Assembly (NCBI RefSeq): GCF_001194135.2
Contig: NC_068982.1
Location: 41,847,398 to 41,911,397 of the forward strand
Source of the DNA: Octopus bimaculoides
Lineage: Eukaryota
Length of the DNA: 64,000 bases
Direction of reading: 5' to 3'
Under the pieces are notes generated by a model. That model saw only the letters and a list, made by a program, of their open reading frames with translations. It did not search any database and was not told the origin of the DNA. This document shows, piece after piece, positions 12,847 through 25,562 of this stretch. The position numbers and the translations under genes are program-made. Position 1 is the stretch's first letter, and each line of letters opens with the position of its first letter.

Positions 12847-15355
12847 TATAGGAGATTGAGCAATAATGTAGAAGCTCAGTCATTGGTTCATAGTCATCAT
12901 TTTTACACCTGTTTTTCACTTGTAGTATAAAGTAAAAATTTTACTAATTTATCAATTTTTAAAAAGTCATTTTCAAATTTCATTGTAGGTGACCTGCAAA
13001 ACTAATTTATGAAACAACAAAGAAAAAATTTCAAGTTTACATATTTATTTATTTATTTATTACAAAATGATTTATTCAAAATATATGGCAAATTCAATAT
13101 TTAAAAAAAAAAAACAGTCAGCCTGCTACTGGAATTTACAATCTAGCCAACCTACCATTAAATTAAAGGAAACATGGACTGCCATAATTTTTATAAATAT
13201 TTCCGATCACATTGAAATAATTGCATTTTATGGTTGGCTGCAAAAACTGCAATTTTCCCATTTTTAATGCATATTTTTATTTCCCTTCCATTCTTCTGCC
13301 CTTTTCATTGCCTAATTTTATTCTACATAATTGATGTTTTATAAATAATTGCATTTACACTTTGAGATGACAGAAGATGAAAAGTTATGATTTCCTTTGT
13401 TTTTATTTAAGCATTCTGTTGCTATGTTTCTAATGAAATGCATTGCTGATGTTTCAAATAATTTTCTAAATAATCAAGAATTTGGAGGAATTCAGAAGAA
13501 TAACCAACTATTTCATCATTAACACCCTTTGGTCATGATGTTTCTGTTGAAATACATTACTAGTCTTTGAATTAATTTTGAAAATAATGAAAAATTTATC
13601 AGTATAACATTGCAATTATTATGCTGGTGTTTGGAACATAAATTAACATAAAATTTTGAATAAGTATTTTATTTTTGATCTCTATAAAACAAAATTTTGG
13701 CAATAAGAAACATTTGCACTGGTTCTATTTTACTTCTTTTTATTAAATCAACTAGTTAACAAATTAAGCAATTAACAAATTGTTTGATTAATGATTTGAT
13801 CCCTCAATCAATATGTTAGTTTGTCAGAGTTTGATTGCCGCTATTTGTTATCTTATCAATGACATTGGATACAAGACAGGTCGGGAGTAACAAGGGATCA
13901 TCACTGAAGAGGTTGCAAGTGATGACAACTGGACTGACAAACTAACTAATTGATTGATTGAATGATTGATTGAATGATTAATCAAGTAGATGATTAGTTT
14001 ATTAGTTAATGAGTTAATCAGTTGACTAATAACATTAAAAAATGTACAACAGAATGAAAGCAAGTATTTCTTATTGATAAAATGACTCTCTCAAGAAACA
14101 ATAAAGTAAAGTACAAAAATTGTTTAACCCTTTTACTGCAGAAATCAGATATATCTACTCAAAAATTTCATTACTTTAACTGTGGAAAGCAGTTTTATAT
14201 ACCAATTGTCTTTTGTTGAGGAATATCATGTTTTGAAACAATTTTTATTGAATTTATTGAGGCAATGTGAATTGCAGAAAATACCAATCTGTTTCTGGGT
14301 TGATAACCAAAATCAATACAGGAATAACCATGAAATTTAATTTTGCAGTTGAAGGATTAAAAAAAAAAATCATAAAGACAGATTTTCATGACCACCTCAA
14401 TAAATTAATAGTTTTAAAGGTAGAGAAAGCTAGCTAACCATAAATCCTTCCATAATTTACGATCATAAAAAAAGGAAGGACATATGATAATGCAGCTCTA
14501 GATATGGAATGAGATGACTAAGTATAGCTGTTTGAAGGCTGATGATTTGACATGGCTGACTGGACACTCAATCTGTATTGGGAACAATATTTTTTGGTGT
14601 TGGAGGCAAACATAAACACACACGTGCATATGGAGAGAGAGAGAGAGAGATTACAATTTATTTATGGGACATGATTGACATAAACACTTTCCCTCTCTTC
14701 ATACACATCAAGAGAAATATACTCACACACATAAAGTGAGAGAAATAAAGACAGAGGGAAGGAGAGAGAAGAAGAGAGGAAGGGAAAGAGGAGGAGGAGA
14801 CCAAGAGAACGATTAAAAGGTCTGATGTCAAATAAGTCAGTGTTGATTCAGCAAAATGTCTTTGCCAAAATGCCTCATACTTCATTAGATACTCAGTAAC
14901 TGAAAAAAATAGATAGGATGGTCGCAACTGAAATAACTTTTATTCATAAGTCTGATTGATCATGAATGAGCAGGAGTTAAACAACAACATTGATCAATTA
15001 CATTGTCTGCTCTTGAGGAGTTGTACTTGTTGAAAGTTTGAAACATGGTATTTTTTTTAAGATGTCAAAAAACCCCAAATATGTGACTGTCGTTGTTTTA
15101 AATACATAAGGATATTACCACATGGTGATATGGGATGAAAAATGTTAAGAAAGTCATTGGTTTCATCAAGGAAAATGTTAAAAGGTGTTGGAATTAGCAA
15201 ACTAATGTTTAACATTTTCCATTAGACTTTTTGACCAAACACATTCAAAGAATGAGAAGGAGATACTTAGAAGTCATTGGCCTGGTCAAAATATAACTTA
15301 GGATTATTAGAATGTAAGCATTCAAGAGCATACACAAACACACACACACACACAT

Positions 15356-15408
<53 letters not shown>

Positions 15409-15454
15409 GATGGCTCCGTACAAATTTTCTTGAAAACTTTATTTCCTAATGGCT

Positions 15455-15559
15455 TCAGGTTAGGGAACCATATCCAAATAAAGGATTTGTCCAAACTTTT
15501 GTTCCATCAGGTTTCATGTTGATCATTGATCCATAAAAGGCCAGTTGACTGCAATTTTT
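15455..15559 (-). CDS. FERM-only protein terminal coding exon 9 (KNCSQLAFYGSMINMKPDGTKVWTNPLFGYGSLT*)
   Basis: Acceptor attctctttcag|, phase 0 matching exon 8, 34 open codons then TGA; candidate AATAAA on the minus strand near 14938-14943. Confidence 0.72.
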   Translation of the reverse strand, partial: KNCSQLAFYGSMINMKPDGTKVWTNPLFGYGSLT

Positions 15560-15984
15560 CTGAAAGAGAATGCATACATTAATAAAAACAGCAATAGTAA
15601 TTATAACAATATCACATTAATAATATTGATTTTTAATTAGTAATAACAACATCTGAGATAACTGTTAATTCTTTTCAAAACTACTTAACAATTAAATTGA
15701 TGATATTCATCATCATCATCATCATCATCAACATCGTTTAACGTCCGCTTTCCATGCTAGCATGGGTTGGACGACTTGACTGAGGACTGGTGAAACCGGA
15801 TGGCAACACCAGGCTCCAATCTAAATTTGGCAGAGTTTCTACAGCTGGATGCCCTTCCTAACGCCAACCACTCAGAGAGTGTAGTAGGTGCTTTTACGTG
15901 TCACCTGCACGAAGGCCAGTCAGGCGATACTGGCAACGGCCATGCTCGAAATGGTGGCCACGCTCAATAATTGACAAGTTTCTG

Positions 15985-16730
15985 TCATTCTGTCGAGATG
16001 ATTTTTTGGGGGACATTTACTGCAGTCTTAGGCATTCTAAACAACACATCCAAGTTATGCTGTATGTGCTTATAAATATTCCTTACAAGAATGCTTCTAT
16101 TGCTAATAGCTAATCTAAACACATCCTGCCAGCTTTGGTGCTATATTATATCAGTTTTGGATGATTTTCTGACTGGAATTTGGTGTTTGGCTGTCTGTTA
16201 CTGATGATCTGAAACACGGTGAAATCCTGTGATACAACAGTTCCATCTACCAGTGTCGACGAAATATTGTCAACTAATATAATCAGTGCTTTTCAGCATT
16301 TATTGTCTACATGAGAAGATTTCTCAGGATGTTTATTGCAGACTTAGGTGTTACAAACAACACACCCAATTTTGGTTGGATGTGCTAATTAATATTTGTT
16401 ACAAAGGCTGCTTCTGTTGCTAATAGGTAATTTATACACAGCCTGCTAGTTTTTCACATTACTGGTTGCTGAGTTGATGCTAAATTATATTGGTTTGGAT
16501 GATTTTCAGTCTGGCATTCAGTGTTGGCTGTCTTGTTGATGATCTGTAATATTGTGAAATCATGTGATACAACAGTCCCATCTACTGGTACTGACAAAAT
16601 ATCATCAACCAATATTACCAGTGCTTTGAAGCATTTGTCATCTACATTAGATGATTTATTGGGATGTTTACCGCATCCCAAGATGTTATAAACAACACAT
16701 CCAATTTAGGCTGGATGAACTAATTAATAT
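15985..16730. repeat. Diverged tandem duplication, period about 316-335 bp, about 2.3 units
   Basis: Anchor acaacaca(t/c)c at 16041, 16357 and 16692; the units align throughout. Confidence 0.8.
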
Positions 16731-18199
16731 TTTAAAGACTTTCAATATGGCATGAGAAGTTCACTATGTTAGAATACATGTCTAACTGCATTAGGATTTT
16801 TACTGCCATACTTAGCAAGAGAATTTGTTAAACATAAAAAAAGAATAGAATTAAAAAAAAAACTAATGATGGGCTTGTGTTGATAATAAGTAAGTGTAAG
16901 TTTAAAGTGGAATTAATTTGGTTTGTCAGGAGGAAAAAGAAAAGTTTAACACTTTATCATTCAGCTATGAAGGATCTTGTCTGAAATACTAGATTTATCT
17001 TTTTTATTTTACAGCAAACAAATTTGTTACTCCATTTTGACCCACTTAAGGACATAAGAAAAATTGCTTTATATCAAAAATGCTTTTAACTCTTTCATGA
17101 TATTTCTAATTAGATATACATTACCCATGTGTTTTAATTCATTTTGAAAATAATCAAGAATTTGGAAAGATTTAGTAAAATGAATAATTTTAACATTATC
17201 AAACTGGTATTTGAAATATAACGTAACAAAAGTTTTGACATAAATTTATGTTGGAAAATTTTATTTAGATACAAATAATTTGTGCCATTGAACCAGAAAC
17301 AATCTCAGATGGTCTGACATAAAAAAAAAGTTGAAAAACAAAGGTGTGAAAAAAATATTTTAAAACAGGACTGGTGAAGAAAAGGAAAATTTTAGGTGTT
17401 GAAAAGAGATATAAACAGAAATGATATGAAGCAGTGAAATCAAAATCTTTAAAATTTCATTGTTGCAAAATATTTCAGCAGCAATGTAGTATGAGAGTTA
17501 AGACAAATCTTATTGTAGAGTAGAATGTTAGGGGATTAATTTGGATCATATATTGGAGTGTCAATGAACAAAATAAGTAAATTCATTCTTGAGACTTACA
17601 GTTAATCTGGACATTAACTGCAAATTTGCATATGGCACAATGACAGTGATAGGGACAAAGGAGAACAAGTTCTCCCAGAGTTACACTTCTACATAGTTGT
17701 TCAGCCTGCTAGAATTAGCAGTCAAATCTCCCTTAAATCACACCCTACCCTCTCAAAAAAAAAAAAAAAAAGACATATCGGATAATGTAGTGTCAGGTAC
17801 ACTTATTAGCATACCATGTTATTCTACCCATAACCATCTTAAAGATGAGATGGTTATGGGTTGAATGCTTTTGATCATAGTTTCACTGAACCAGGGCTGA
17901 TTAGGGTTAAGTAATAACAACAATGACACATTAACTCTTTTGATACCATATTCCTGTTGAAATATCACTCTTTAATTCAGTTAATTTTGGAAATAATGAA
18001 GAGTTTAGAAAAGTTAAAATAACTTTGTCATTAGTAAGATGATGTTTGAAACAGAAATGAACATGAAATTTTGAAAGAAGGCTTTAATTTAGATCACTTT
18101 AAAACAGGAAGTTTGTATCAAAGGGCCAGGGACAGTCTCAGGTGGGCTGGTACTAAAAGAGTTAATTAAACGATATAAAAAAGATAACTCTCTATTTAC

Positions 18200-18399
18200 C
18201 TGGATACTTTTAACAATGTCATGGGTGGTAGATAAAAGGTCATCAAGCTGCTTGCTCTCAACACAAATGCGTTTTTCTTCTCGAAACATATTATTTGCTT
18301 GATCATCTTTATGTAACACTGTGTAGGTGAATATTGCTCCAGAATGATCTATAGACCACTGTTTAACACTACTCCATGAGACAGAAACTGAATCTTCGT
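18200..18399 (-). CDS. FERM-only protein exon 8 (EDSVSVSWSSVKQWSIDHSGAIFTY...DIVKSIQ), F3/PTB-like lobe
   Basis: Acceptor ttactttcag|, donor CAG|gtaaat, 200 nt, phase 1 to 0; WxxxxxW pattern matches SNX27 FEWDEMQRWDTD. Confidence 0.9.
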
Positions 18400-20321
18400 C
18401 TGAAAGTAATATGAATTAAATCTCACTGAACATAATCTGTATCCATGATAATTATTTTCCTCAATTTAAAATTATTACTGTATTTTCCAGCATACAAAGT
18501 GAACTTTTCAAACCAAAATTTACAGCCAAAAAATGTAGGTGGATTTATACCTCAAGACAACTTTGGAGGACCCAAAGTTCCCTGTGAAATGCAGTAGGAT
18601 TTGGGAAGATAGTGACAATGTTTAAATGTTTACAGTACATGTTTACACTATCTGCTGCATTGACTTGTATACCAGAAAATCTGAAAACACATTTTTGATA
18701 GCACAAAAAAAATGCATAACATTAGTTTAAAATTTTGGCACAAAGACAGCAAGTTTTAGAGGAGGGGGTAAGTCAATTACATCGACCCCAGTGCTCAACA
18801 GGTACTTATTTTATTAACCCTCAAAGGATGAAAGGCAAAGTTGAACATGGCAGAATTTGAACTCAGAGTGTAAAGACATGAAATGCCACTAAGCAGTTTG
18901 TCTGACATGCTAATGATTAATTATGCATAATATTGTAAAATGAGCAATTAAACACAAAATAAATGTTTCATAGGATTTTGATAGATACAATTTGCACACC
19001 TACAAAACACCATAGAATAACAGATTAATACATTTTGTAAGTGTAAGCATTTATTTTATAATTGGTTGTAAGGCAACAACAGGTAGAAATTTAGAGTGAT
19101 GGAAAAAATGCTCAATGGCATTTTTTCCAACAATTTATGTTCTGAGTTCAAATCCTGCCAAAGTCAACTTTGCCTTTCATCCTTATGGGGTCAATAAAAT
19201 TAAAGTACCAGTCAAATGCTGGGGGGTTCAATTGTATAGACCCAGTACTCACTAATCACATGCCTAAATCAGAAACACTAATACACTATTTATTGATTGT
19301 AGATGAATGTATTTGATAAAAGGTCAAATTACATTCTTTCACAGCACACAAATGCATTTAATTTTGTGGATATATTACCTGATGATCTACCAATACCAGT
19401 GATGATCTGTAGATCATTGCTAGTTTTCATGGAGCTGAGCTGAGTTATTCCTCTTATTTTATATGGCATGAAATGTATTGCACTTTCTGAATGAGATGTT
19501 TCTACTTACTTTGCAAGAAGTACTGAGAAAGTGTTGAAGTGGAGCAAGATTATCTTCTACTACCACCATGGTTAAGATAATAGCATTTATTCTGCTTAAA
19601 AGCTATTGCCTGACTAGCTATAAATGTTGTTGATAATGAAAGTGTCAAACAGAGAGAGCCTCAACATGGTCACTTGAATTGTTAGAAGTAATAGCTAAAT
19701 CTTCCTCACATCATACCCTTCAGTTTAAAAAATATCAGCCATCACTAGTTTTTTTGGAGTGAGCTTTATTTACTATCCTTTCATTAATAATAGTAGTTTA
19801 GTTGAGACATTTCACTTATTCTTCATGGTATAAAAATGTATTCCACCATTTGAAATAAAATCATAACCCTATGTATACAATGCTTAAAAGTAAGATGAGA
19901 TGACCATAGTTGGAACTCCTTCACTGATAGGTCTACCTGATCAGGCTGACTTTAAGTTAAACGACAACAGTGAAACTGTTTCTCATTGGTGATTTTCAAC
20001 AACATTATTTATACATTCTTAAACATTTTCTGAACTATTTGTCGATAAAGTGTACCACAATTTAAACATGTGTTCATTTTATAAAATGATGTCTACATTA
20101 AATGTTCAATTTATATTATTTCTATATTTAAAGTATGTCATTTTAAGTTGCCAGAGCAGATAGTAGATGTAACTCATTTCAAAACCTACTGAAATTCTCA
20201 ATAGGTTAAAAAGCAAGTCAGTTTAACAAAAGCCTCTACATTTTTTTTTTTTGTATTTCTGTGACAGATCAACCTGAGTTTTTCTGCCCTTCAAAATTAA
20301 AATAATGATATAAATTCTTAC

Positions 20322-20382
20322 CTGTTATTATGCACAAACCTTTCTGTGATAGTGTGACTTTACAGGGGTTTCCTAAATGATT
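20322..20382 (-). CDS. FERM-only protein exon 7 (NHLGNPCKVTLSQKGLCIIT-D)
   Basis: Acceptor cttcttttctag|, donor CAG|gtaaga, 61 nt, phase 0 to 1. Confidence 0.88.
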
Positions 20383-21282
20383 CTAGAAAAGAAGTAAAGA
20401 AGAAACTAAATAAAGAATTTGGGAAATCACAACTTAAGAAACTGAATAAAGAATTCTGGGAAATATTTAAGTTCTAGTTCTTTATTAAATAACTTTATAT
20501 TAATTTTGGGAAAGACTTTCTTTCCTTCTCTACTGTCCTATCATCCTATTTGCATTACTTTTGCTGCCAAAGGCACCCCTTCTATATGTATCACATCAAA
20601 TTTCTCTCTCATTATAAACAACTATCTCTCTGTTTGCCTTCCTCTGATATCTTGTCTACAACCTTTAATTACATTCCTTGACAAATTCTCTGTTCTTTCA
20701 ACTCAACCAACTCAGAAGCTGAAAGGATATTCTGCATATCTTAAAAACACATCACAAAATTATGGATTTTCTGGCATACAAGTTGACATAGTATATCAAG
20801 TAAACATTTAGTATAAGCATTCAAACATCACCACTATCTTTCCAAATCCTGCTGCATTTCATAAAGAACTTTTGTCCCTCAAAATTATCTTGGTGTATAA
20901 ATCAACCTTCCATTTTGGGATGTAAATTTTGGTCTGAAAAATTTGACTTGTGTGCCAGAAAATATACTAACTTTTTCTTTAACAAAACAGTTCAGTTTTC
21001 CTAAGTTCATCTTTTTAAATCACAATAACATGCATTCATATATCATATGCATTTATTTCATAGTAATATGCATTCATCAAAATTAATGAAAAAAAAAAAA
21101 AACTCTTGCAAATATATCATGAAGCTTACATTATATTTAGTAGTTCTAAACAGCGAGGTCCATTAATCTCAAATCTTAGAAAATTATGATGAAACCAAAA
21201 TTGATGTAAAAGAGTAGCATTCATCCCTCCCAGCTATACCAAATACTAGACCTAAAAGATGTTAGAAATAACAATGAGTTAC

Positions 21283-21401
21283 CGTGAAAACAGAAGACTG
21301 CTTGGACAGAAAACAGTTATCTATGACAACGATATTATAACCAGCAAGGCGTTGACAAAGTCTCACAAAAGCTGATTTAGAACAATTCAAACTGGATAAC
21401 T
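21283..21401 (-). CDS. FERM-only protein exon 6 (LSSLNCSKSAFVRLCQRLAGYNIVVIDNCFLSKQSSVFT), F2/F3 junction
   Basis: Acceptor ttctattttcag|, donor ACG|gtaact, 119 nt, phase 1 to 0; RLAGYN corresponds to SNX27 TCEGYN. Confidence 0.9.
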
Positions 21402-22430
21402 CTGAAAATAGAAGCAAAAAGAAATGTGTTCAGAATGTTATATAGTATAAGTATACAGCAGTGTATGGAGTGGAATGAAAACATCATGTATTGTCTGTGA
21501 AAGGTTTGTGAGTAGTGTGGTGGTTGAGTATAGACTGAACTGATATTGTGATCTGTGGAGAAGAGTGTGTGGGTTAGTGATATCAAAGATGAGGGTTTCT
21601 AAAATATTTTATGGAGTGCATAGAAGACAAATTGGTTTTGGGGATCTTACTCCACTTGGGCTTTTACTGGGCTTTAGAAATGTGATGAAAATATTATCAG
21701 TTTCCAGATTCTCATATTTGAGAGTATCAAAGCAAACAACTGATGTTGGTGAGTGCAGAAATTCCTTTAAGCCTAACGTATTTCAAGTGAATACCTCTGA
21801 TTTCATTGAGATCCTGAAACTTCTAAACTTTAGAAATTTTCTACTGTTTTTTCTAGTATCTGATAGAAGGAAGAAATCTCAGCTAAGATCTTGGTGTAAG
21901 ATGCATATTATGTGTTTTGTATTCCTGTTTTTTTTTCTTCGTGTGATTTCTTTTTTTGCTGGCTGATTATTTACAAAAATGTTTTATAAAGATGTTTTCT
22001 TCTTCTTGAAGTGTTGTTATGTTATTCGAAGTTGTTATAGCAACAGAAGGTGTGGATAGTATTGCAGCAGGTGCTGCTATAGCAACTACACATATATAAC
22101 ATTGACAAAACTGCATCCCAAAGTTTAGGGTTCCTCTAAGGGGCCACAAAATACTTCAGCACCGACATACTTCAGTACTGACAGTATACAAAACTCCAGT
22201 AAAATTGACATTCAAGAACTGCTCACACATCTAAGATAGTGGTAGTACTATTACCGCTCCTCACCATCACCACACCAAAAGGAAAACTATTTGCTTCACC
22301 AAGGTTCACTCACCAGCATGCTACAATCACTGCATCACTTTAAGAGGGTATAATGAATATACAGACATTGTTTCTTTGACAAACAAACAAGCAAGCATGT
22401 ATAGAGAGAGAAACACTTAAATGAACTTAC

Positions 22431-22472
22431 CATCTAGAGCAATCTGTTCCTCAATACTTGCAGTTAAGTGAC
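22431..22472 (-). CDS. FERM-only protein exon 5 (HLTASIEEQIALD-E)
   Basis: Acceptor ctgtttttcag|, donor ATG|gtaagt, 42 nt, phase 1 to 1. Confidence 0.85.
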
Positions 22473-22512
22473 CTGAAAAACAGTGAAATATTTATACCAG
22501 TTGTGACAGAGA

Positions 22513-22605
<93 letters not shown>

Positions 22606-23386
22606 GTGGGGGGAAATAAATATTCGTACATGTCAAAATTCTTTATTCATTTAATTTCTAATGAAGGCTCTCAACACTTAAGATTTTGGTGACCCCATAT
22701 ATATATAATCCAAAATATAAACAGTAAGAAACCATACAATATTGGTTGGCGTTAGGAAGAGCATCCAGCTGTAGAAACTCTGCCAAATCAGATCGGAGCC
22801 TGGTGTAGCCATCTGGTTCACCAGTCCTCAGTCAAATCGTCCAACCCATGCTAGCATGGAAAGCAGACGTTAAACGATGATGATGATGATGATGATGATG
22901 ATGAAACAAAGCTAACAGTAAAATGATAAACAATGTTTATTTTTGTATACCTTCACTTTATTTATATTTGAAAAGTTTTCTTCTACATTTTTTAATTGCA
23001 AAGTCTTTGATTGGATTCTTACTATGACACCATAAATACTTTGAAATTATATTTCTGATCATATAAACCACTTCAAATATTATTTTAGCAAATTTGAAAT
23101 AATTTCTTTTGTGTTGCAAGCCATTTACCATTCCTGTGGCGCTTCCACTTCCCTTGATGCTTTAAGCACATGCTTATTTTGCTTAATGGTTAATCCAACA
23201 CTGATCCAACTCTAGAAACTATGCCAAATGAAACATCTGAGTAAGACTTGTTCCTCTGGCTTGTTGGTGTCTGTTAAAATGTCCAACCTATCCAGCATGG
23301 AAAGCCAACCCAAAATGATGATGAAGACGATATTAAGTTCCATGCTTCCTGAAATTCCCCAGCACTACTCCAGCTGTACCTTTTCC

Positions 23387-23465
23387 ATGTTTATGGCTTT
23401 TCTATGTTTATGGCTTTTCTATGTTTATGGCTTTTCTATGTTTATGGCTTTTCTATGTTTATGGC
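23387..23465 (+). repeat. 17-bp minisatellite (ATGTTTATGGCTTTTCT), about 4.7 copies
   Basis: Direct inspection. Confidence 0.95.
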
Positions 23466-23635
23466 TCTTTTAATGTTCACTTTTCTGTCTTTCTGTATTT
23501 TATTCTATATACTGAGCAAGCACTTTTGGCTATCATTACTTTCTTCCTTATTTCTGCTTTCTGTCCCCTCTTTACCCTTCTTCCATGACTATTAGTATAT
23601 CTGAATACTGTAAATAATAAACTCAGTCAATCAAT

Positions 23636-23674
<39 letters not shown>

Positions 23675-24384
23675 CATCATCATCATTTTTAACATCCACT
23701 TTTCCATGCTTACATGAGTCAAACAGAATTTGAGGTAGACTTTCAATGGCCTGATTCTCTTTCCATTTCTAAACAAGGTAATATTTTTCTGTGACCAGAC
23801 ATGTTTTTCTGGCATGTTTTCACAAAATGTTGGAAATGAGTGACACTGCTTGTGTGACAGTGACAATCATTTACAATTATCATGCAATGTCAAGACAAGG
23901 ATATACACACACAGACACACACACACATACAGATACATACACATGTAATGGGCTTCTTTCAGTTTCTATCTATTAAATTCATGAAACTGTTGGCAATTTT
24001 CTATGCTTGAGAAGACATATCAAGCTTAGTAAAATCATAGTTGTGGCCAGTGACAGATTAAAGGCACCCATGCTGGTAACACATTAAAGGCATCCGGTAC
24101 TTTAAGGAGTGGTTGGCATTCAGAAGAGCATCCACCTGTAGAAACTGAGCCAAAACAGACTAGAGCCTGGTGCAGCTCTACAGTTTACCAGTTCCAGTCA
24201 AACTGTCTAACCTGAGTCAGCATAGAGAAGGGATGTTAAATGATGAGGATGAAGACAAGGCTTCGGTCAGCCCGGGACTACAGTAGAAGATACACACCCA
24301 AGGTGCCACACAGTGGAACTGAAACCATAACCATGTGGTTGGGAAGCAAACCACACAACTATGCCTGTGCCTTATATATCGTCA

Positions 24385-25008
24385 TCATCATCATCATCGT
24401 TTAACGTCCGCCTTCCATGCTAGCATGGGTTGGACGATTTGACTGAGGACTGGTGAACCAGATGGCTACACCAAGCTCCAATCTGATTTGGCAGAGTTTC
24501 TACAGCTGGATGCCCTTCCCAACGCCAACCACTCCAAGAGTGTAGTGGGTGCTTTTATATATATATATATANNNNNNNNNNNNNNNNNNNNNNNNNNNNN
24601 NNNNNNNNNNNNNNNNNNNNNNNNNNNNNNNNNNNNNNNNNNNNNNNNNNNNNNNNNNNNNNNNNNNNNNNNNNNNNNNNNNNNNNNNNNNNNNNNNNNN
24701 NNNNNNNNNNNNNNNNNNATGAAAAGACATTTGAGTGAGGTCGTTGCCATTGCTGCTGGACTGGCTCCTGTGCAGGTGGCATGTAAAAAACACCACTTGA
24801 GCGTGGCCATTGCCAGTACTGCCTGACTGGCCCTCGTGCCGGTGGCACGTAAAAGCACCCACTACACTTTCGGAGTAGTTGGCATTAGGAAGAGCATCCA
24901 ACTGTAGAAACTCTGCCAGATCAGATTGGAGCCTGGTGCAGCCATCTGGTTTGCCAGTCCTCAGTCAAATCGTCCAACCCATGCTAGCATGGAAAGCGGA
25001 CGTTAAAC

Positions 25009-25055
<47 letters not shown>
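24385..25055. mobile_element. Two inverted copies of an RTE-tailed non-autonomous element, family D; others at 15710-15965 (-), 22745-22905 (+) and 26056-26305 (-)
   Basis: Shared ...catgctagcatggaaagcggacgttaaacgatgatg tail; high identity among copies. Confidence 0.85.
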
Positions 25056-25056
<1 letters not shown>

Positions 25057-25451
25057 ACACACACGTATACGTACGTTGAACAGATCATATTTTCCTTCAA
25101 GTGTCACTAATGAGTAAAGCGATCTAAACACTCATTACAAGGATAATTCTTGAAATCGTCATGACGTGGAAAAAAAAAAATAAATAAACAGCCAAATAAA
25201 CCTGCTTCACTATTAATTTAATGGTAAATTCAATTAACAGATACAAATTAAGTCTGATGTACTATGCTTGTAATTTAAAAAAAAATAGAAGTGAAGACAA
25301 ATTTTAATTGTTGAAATGAACAGAAAAATTCTTGGAAAATAATGAGTAATGGATAAAACTCATTTAGTGAATGTTACAAAAAAATGTAAAAAGGAAACAC
25401 ACGCACCCACGTTTTAAAAGGTGAGAAAGATAGCGAAGGGAGATAACTTAC

Positions 25452-25562
25452 CAATTTGTAAGTCGTGAAGCGCTTGGTAATAAATAAGATCACAAGTTAC
25501 GTCATCTTCCAAAAGTTGGTTTTCTATGTCCAAATCAAAACACCATTTATAGAGGAATAAAT
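25452..25562 (-). CDS. FERM-only protein exon 4 (LFLYKWCFDLDIENQLLEDDVTCDLIYYQALHDLQI-G), F2 lobe
   Basis: Acceptor tgtttcag|, donor TTG|gtaagt, 111 nt, phase 1 to 1; aligns by eye to SNX27 IRKWLFTTEEE...FFHQAVDDVKKG. Confidence 0.9.

Noticed and set aside
14820-14889. Acceptor tttttttcag followed by TEYLMKYEAFWQRHF, superficially like SNX17 AFEYLM
   Set aside because: Phase does not fit exon 8, F3 is already complete, and there is no convincing donor.
16198-16230. CTGATGA...GAAA resembling a hammerhead core
   Set aside because: No stem II can form between the motifs and there is no GUH/stem I pairing.
21565-21966. 133-aa plus-strand ORF
   Set aside because: No motif, low-complexity end, antisense within an intron of the FERM gene; likely chance or decayed TE.
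3781-23465. Short tandem direct repeats as possible CRISPR arrays
   Set aside because: No spacers and eukaryotic context; these are ordinary minisatellites.
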